From Octopus sinensis (lineage: Eukaryota), in NCBI RefSeq assembly GCF_006345805.1, contig NC_043018.1:12090001-12154000 (forward strand): a stretch of 64,000 nt of DNA, read 5' to 3'. Positions 59,395 through 64,000 of the stretch are shown piece after piece; position 1 is the first letter of the stretch, and every line of letters begins with the position of its first letter. A model generated the notes under the pieces. It had not been told where the DNA came from and searched no databases. It saw only the letters and a list, made by a program, of their open reading frames with translations. The translations under genes and the position numbers were made by a program.

Positions 59395-59775
59395 TCTCTC
59401 TCTATATAAACGGCAGTTTGTCTGTGCGTGTTTCTGTGTCTGTTTTCTTGTACCCTCACCCTGACCACGGCTTTCAACCGATTCTGATGAAACTTGACAC
59501 ACACATAGCCCAATGTCATAATTCAAAACTAACGCAGCGAACATTTTGAAAAGTTCCCCCAGTTCTGAAAAAAATCGATAAATTCGACATGGGGTCGAGA
59601 ATCAGAAACACAAACCGCAAACTGTCTAGGGGACGCAACTCCGCCTTTTTTAACTAAAAACAAAATTTACCATCATTTTTTTCCTTCTTTTTGCTATCTT
59701 TTGGCTATAACTCTCTAAAAACGCTTTATAGTTATTTCCCTTACAAACCCGAGCAACGCCGGGCGATACTGCTAG
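59395..59775 (+). mobile_element. Non-autonomous Helitron (381 bp)
   Basis: A|TC 5' end, subterminal hairpin CCCGAGCAACGCCGGG (59748..59763), CTAG|T 3' end, no TSD. Confidence 0.88.
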
Positions 59776-60570
59776 TAGGTGATAAACCTATTGCACAAAT
59801 GAGTCCCTCATAAACTTTCTTGCCTCCTGCAGGCATTCCAGCAGCTGCAAGTTGGGGTCCCATAAACAAGATCTGTACTCTTCCTTTGAGGAGTCCATTA
59901 TGTGATAGAAGTTCTTTTCTTCCAGTACCCGAGCAGCCACCTGTGGAGGCGACTCTGGAATACAAGTCGAGTCTATCAGGTCCCGACTATTAAAGGAACT
60001 TTCTATATAATTCTCTATAGCACCTCCCCTGAAATAGATCACATATTCTTCATCATTTCCACTGGGAGGGGCCTTCTTCCCCCACTCTGGTGGCACACGT
60101 CCCACTGAAGGAGTTTCGGAACATGCCGCCGGTGCACCAGCAACCACCAGCGGTGCCCAGTTTTTCTTCTTCCTTTTTTCTTTATGTTTACGATGGCAGG
60201 GTGGAGTTCCTCCATCATGTTTGGAAGTCCCTCCTTCCCTCCCGCTGCCTCAGGATCCATTGGTGGGCAGCCATTGTTGCCCACCTTCTTTCTTTTCTTC
60301 CCTTTTGTTTTCGAGGAGGTTACCTCCTCCTCCTCGACTTTCTCTTCCTCCTCTCCCTCCGTTAGAGATTCAGGAGCCCATCTTGGGGGAACAGGGAGAT
60401 CTTCTTCTATTAACTGCTTCAGTACCCTTGCTTGGTTCCTGGAGCAGTTCTTCTTTTTGTGGCCCAAGTCTAGGCACAGGTGACACTTGGGGGAGGGGCG
60501 TCCCTCAAGAATCACTGGATACCTAGAACCGGCCATCTTTAGGAAATCTGGAAAAGCCAGATCTTTGGCT
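59776..60570 (-). mobile_element. Tx1/L1-like LINE ORF1 remnant (zinc knuckle)
   Basis: YPVILEGRPSPKCHLCLDLGHKKKNC (CX2CX4HX4C) followed by acidic/basic low complexity; frameshifted. Confidence 0.65.
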
Positions 60571-60630
60571 GATTGTTTTTATATATATATATTTAAATAT
60601 GTATATATATAATAAATATATTTATATATA

Positions 60631-60740
60631 TATTGATAAAAATGGTAAGACAACAAAATGAAAGAGACCTCAATATTATGTAAATAGAGGAATTTATCTG
60701 TAAACCAAATAATTGTCACATATTACATTTACAGATATTA
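60631..60740. repeat. Second copy of the 38103 element lacking the central hairpin
   Basis: TATTGATAAAAATGGTAAGACAAC...GGAATTTATCTGTAAA|CCAAATAATTGTCAC...TTTACAGAT. Confidence 0.8.
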
Positions 60741-61249
60741 TATATATATATAAATATATCACTTTATATATATATATATTCCAAGAAAGTTAGAGGTTGT
60801 GAATCCAACCCACTAAGGGATAATATCTATCCAATATACTGCTGGTAGAATACCCAAATCATTAATACACAACTGTTTTTTATTGCATTGCAATTACATT
60901 ACCAAGTGTACTAAATGAGTGAAGGTAAAGAGATATTTTACCATTAATTTATAGAGCAATAAGAAAATGGAGGGGATCAATAGGTGGTTCATCAACTTTT
61001 AGACAATTACAAGAATATGTATAGCATTGTGCTTTACATATAAAATATATTAATATATAAAGATACCAGTAATTATTGAAATATAACATACAAGAATATA
61101 AATTGGGAAAATATCTTGCAGCTGTTTCAGCCAGGAGGCAAAAATACCTCATTCTACCTTTATCTCTCCAGTAGACTGAAGTAATAAGTAGGTGAAATCA
61201 AGGTACTTGGGTGTTTCTCTAGGCTTCGTCTACTGGAGGAATAAAGGTA

Positions 61250-61645
61250 AATCCTGAAAGCAACTTGGGCTTGCTACTTTGTATAGAAGAAGATGGAGAT
61301 GAAAGCACTCAGTCTGATTTGGGTTCACTGTATAAACGTGCCCAAGGCAATCATCAAACTTAATGCCTTCATGCCCTTCAACAGTTTTACCTGTCTTCCT
61401 TCTCCTCCACATGTTCCAGGTGTAGTAGGATGGAACTTGTGGGTAAAGGAGTGTCCACGCAAAAGGATCAACCTGACAAAGTTTAAAAAATGCAGTAAGC
61501 GTAGTATCCGATGGAGCCTGTGCTACCTGGGCAGCAGCGGCTTCACTGAAATACATTCTTTGGCCGTTTTCCAGATGGACAGCAAGCTGAACAATGGCAG
61601 AATTCCTTTCGTGTCTTGGAAACCCAAAAGTACGCCAAAACACTT
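61250..61645 (-). mobile_element. Helitron RepHel coding remnant
   Basis: WRTFGFPRHER..AIVQLAVHLENGQRMYF...TTLTAFFKLCQVDPFAWTLLYPQVPSYYTWN...GHVYTVNP...ECFHLHLLL. Confidence 0.9.
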
Positions 61646-61649
61646 CATT

Positions 61650-61985
61650 TGCTACTTATGTATCGTGCAGCCTGGTTGCACCGAACGATGGTTCCTCACT
61701 CCGTTTACCCGCAAGAGGGTGTTATTTTTGCCCATTAGTAACATGCACTCACATACTCTCAAACACACATACGCATATGCAAACTTCCGCTGTTCACCCA
61801 TGCCCAAATGTTGTTCCTCCTGCCGTTTACCCGAACATTTTTTCCAAATCAATTTATACTTAAAACCTCCCCAGACACAAAAGCAATGTGCGTGTGAAGT
61901 TTAAGAAGAATCGGTTGAGCCGTTCTGGTGCAAAACGAGGACATACCAATACACACACAGATATTTTCAGTTTTAATATGTAAGA
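61650..61985 (-). mobile_element. Helitron-type terminal/non-autonomous sequence
   Basis: - strand begins TCTTACATATTAAAA...ACGGCTCAACCGATT...AAACTT; hairpin GTGCAACCAGGCTGCAC near 61665-61681. Confidence 0.6.
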
Positions 61986-62374
61986 TATATACAATGAAAA
62001 TATGTGGAAAACATATAAAAAAAGGGGGAGAAAAATGCCTTCATTTTGAATGGTTTTAATATCTTTTTATAAAAGAAGTAAATATATATATATGTTATGG
62101 ATGGTAAAAGTCTCATAAATTTAGTGATATCTAACCGGTTTCGTTATTTAAATTAGCTTTTCAAGGGACATTGTGAAGTAATAACTCCATGAGGCAAGGA
62201 ATCCTGCCATTTTGGATTTCTTGAGAAATAAAAATGGAGAGAGTGGATAAAGGGAGGGAACAGGTGGCAAGGAGGATAATTGCCTGCTCAGCATTATCCC
62301 ACCCCACTCTATATAGACTAGCTCATTCAGATTCCCCTACCTCATATTTTAATACCTTGCCAAAATACTGAAAT

Positions 62375-63519
62375 AAACACTGAATATGTGCAGAAAACAG
62401 CTTCCAGGGGGACGAAAATGTGCAGAAAACGTCACATTCCAATGGGGAAAAACTACAAGGAGATGATAGCTTCCATTACCTAGGTGACCAAGTCAGTAGC
62501 AGGGGTGGATGCTCTGAGAGTGTAGTTGCTAGAATAAGAATAGCCTGGCCTAAGTTCAGAGAGCTTCTGCTGGTGAGAAAAGGCCTCTCGCTCAGAGTTA
62601 AAGGTAGAGTGTATGTTGCATATGTATGAACAGCCATGCTACATGGGCTGTGACTGGTGAGGACATGCGTAAGCTTGCAAGGAATGAAGTTATTATGCTC
62701 TGTTGGATGTGTAATGTCAGTGTGCATACACAACAGAGTGTAAGTATCCTGAGAGAAAAGTTGGACTTAAGAAGCATCAGATGTGGTGTGCAAGAGAGAA
62801 GACTGTGCTGGTATGATCATGTGTTGTGTATGGATCAGGACAGGTGTGTGACAAACTGTCACACCTGGGCAGTAGAGGGAACCAGTGGAAGAGGTAGACC
62901 CAAGAAGACCTGAGATGAGATGGTGAAGTACGACTTTTGAACGATGGGCCTCACCGAGGCGATGACAAGTGACCGTGACCTTTGGAGATATGCTGTGCTT
63001 GAGAAGACCTAGCAAGCCAAGTGAGACCGTAACCATGGCCTATGCCAGTGCATTTAAGAGTACCCTTCAATCATTGAGGAATAAACTTCACTTGCGAAGA
63101 CCTGTTGAGGCAAGTGAAATCATTGTTGTGGCTGATTGGCATCTGTGCTGGTGGCACATAAAATGCACCATTCAAGCGTGGTCGATGCCAGTGCCATCTG
63201 ACTGGTCCCATGCCGGTGGTACATTAACAGCACCATTCGTGTGTGGCCATTGCCAGTGCTGCCTGACTGGCTCCTGTGCTGGTGGCATGTAAAAAGCATC
63301 ATTCAAGCATGGTTGATGCCAGTACTGCCTGACTGGCCCTCATGCTGGTGGTATGTAAAAAGTACCCACTATACTGAGTGGTTGGCGTTAGGAAGGGCAT
63401 CCAGTGGTAGGAATTTTGCCAGATTGGATTGGAGCCAGGTACAGCCTTTTGGCTTGCCAGCTCTCAGTCAAACTGTCCAACCCATGCCAGCATGGAAAGC
63501 AGATGTTGATGATGATGAT
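62375..63519 (+). mobile_element. 5'-truncated RTE-clade LINE (same family as 3594..4937)
   Basis: SFHYLGDQVS...ARIRIAWPKFREL...GRGRPKKT, 3' UTR with internal repeats, (GAT)n tail. Confidence 0.9.
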
Positions 63520-63613
63520 ATATATATATTCATATCAAACATTAAAAATAACAAAACAACAAGGACATACAGACAGAATGTATTAACTTGATGCTCAGTA
63601 AAGGTGAAATACA

Positions 63614-63862
63614 CATCATCATCATCGTTTAGCGTCCGCTTTCCATGCTGGCATGGGTTGGACGGTTCAATTGGGGTCTGAGAAGCCAGAAGGCTGCACC
63701 AGGCTCCAGTCTGATCTGGCAATGTTTCTATGGCTGGATGCCCTTCCTAATGCCAACCACTCCGTGAGTGTAGTGGGTGCTTTTTATGTGCCACCTGCAC
63801 AGGTGCCAGACGAGGCTGGCAAACAGCCACGATCGGATGGTGCTTTTTACATGCCACCGGCT
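63614..63862 (-). mobile_element. RTE-tail repeat (family C)
   Basis: (CAT)n plus the reverse complement of the shared tail. Confidence 0.8.
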
Positions 63863-63874
63863 CACACATATGCA

Positions 63875-64000
63875 TAGGAGTGGCTGTGTGATAAGTAGCT
63901 TGCTTACCAACCACATGGTTCCGGGTTCAGTCCCACTGCATGGCACCTTGGACATGTGTCTTCTAATATAGCCTCGGGCCAACCAAAGCCTTGTGAGTGG
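63875..64000 (+). mobile_element. SINE family A head (cut by the window edge)
   Basis: GGAGTGGCTGTGTGATAAGTAGC...GGTTCAGTCCCACTG. Confidence 0.8.

Noticed and set aside
61095-61250. Further hammerhead-like remnants (CTGGAGA...GAAACAGCTGC on the - strand; also ~62130-62170)
   Set aside because: Core and stems are too degenerate to support a call.

Overview
Eukaryotic, AT-rich, microsatellite- and repeat-dense genomic DNA. The SINE/LINE repertoire looks like a coleoid cephalopod, most likely Octopus (inference). Three protein-coding genes can be reconstructed with in-frame splice junctions. (1) TRAIP RING E3 ligase, + strand, join(5770..6005,11195..11484,13662..14404), 422 aa. (2) An intronless seipin/BSCL2, + strand, 22362..23597, 411 aa. 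(3) The TOR-complex WD40 subunit mLST8, - strand, 9 coding exons from 57800 (or 57740) down to 37507, whose first coding intron has minor-spliceosome (U12-type) signals. A possible fourth gene runs off the left edge, head-to-head with TRAIP. The rest is RTE, CR1-like, R4-like and Tx1-like LINE remnants, several tRNA-derived SINE families, Tc1/mariner relics and MITEs, Helitron pieces, a two-LTR BEL/Pao remnant, and several Penelope-type inverted repeats carrying hammerhead-ribozyme-like cores. Most ORFs in the supplied track are spurious or transposon-derived. Repeat boundaries are approximate; exon boundaries were read base by base. Family and homologue comparisons are from memory, not from database searches.
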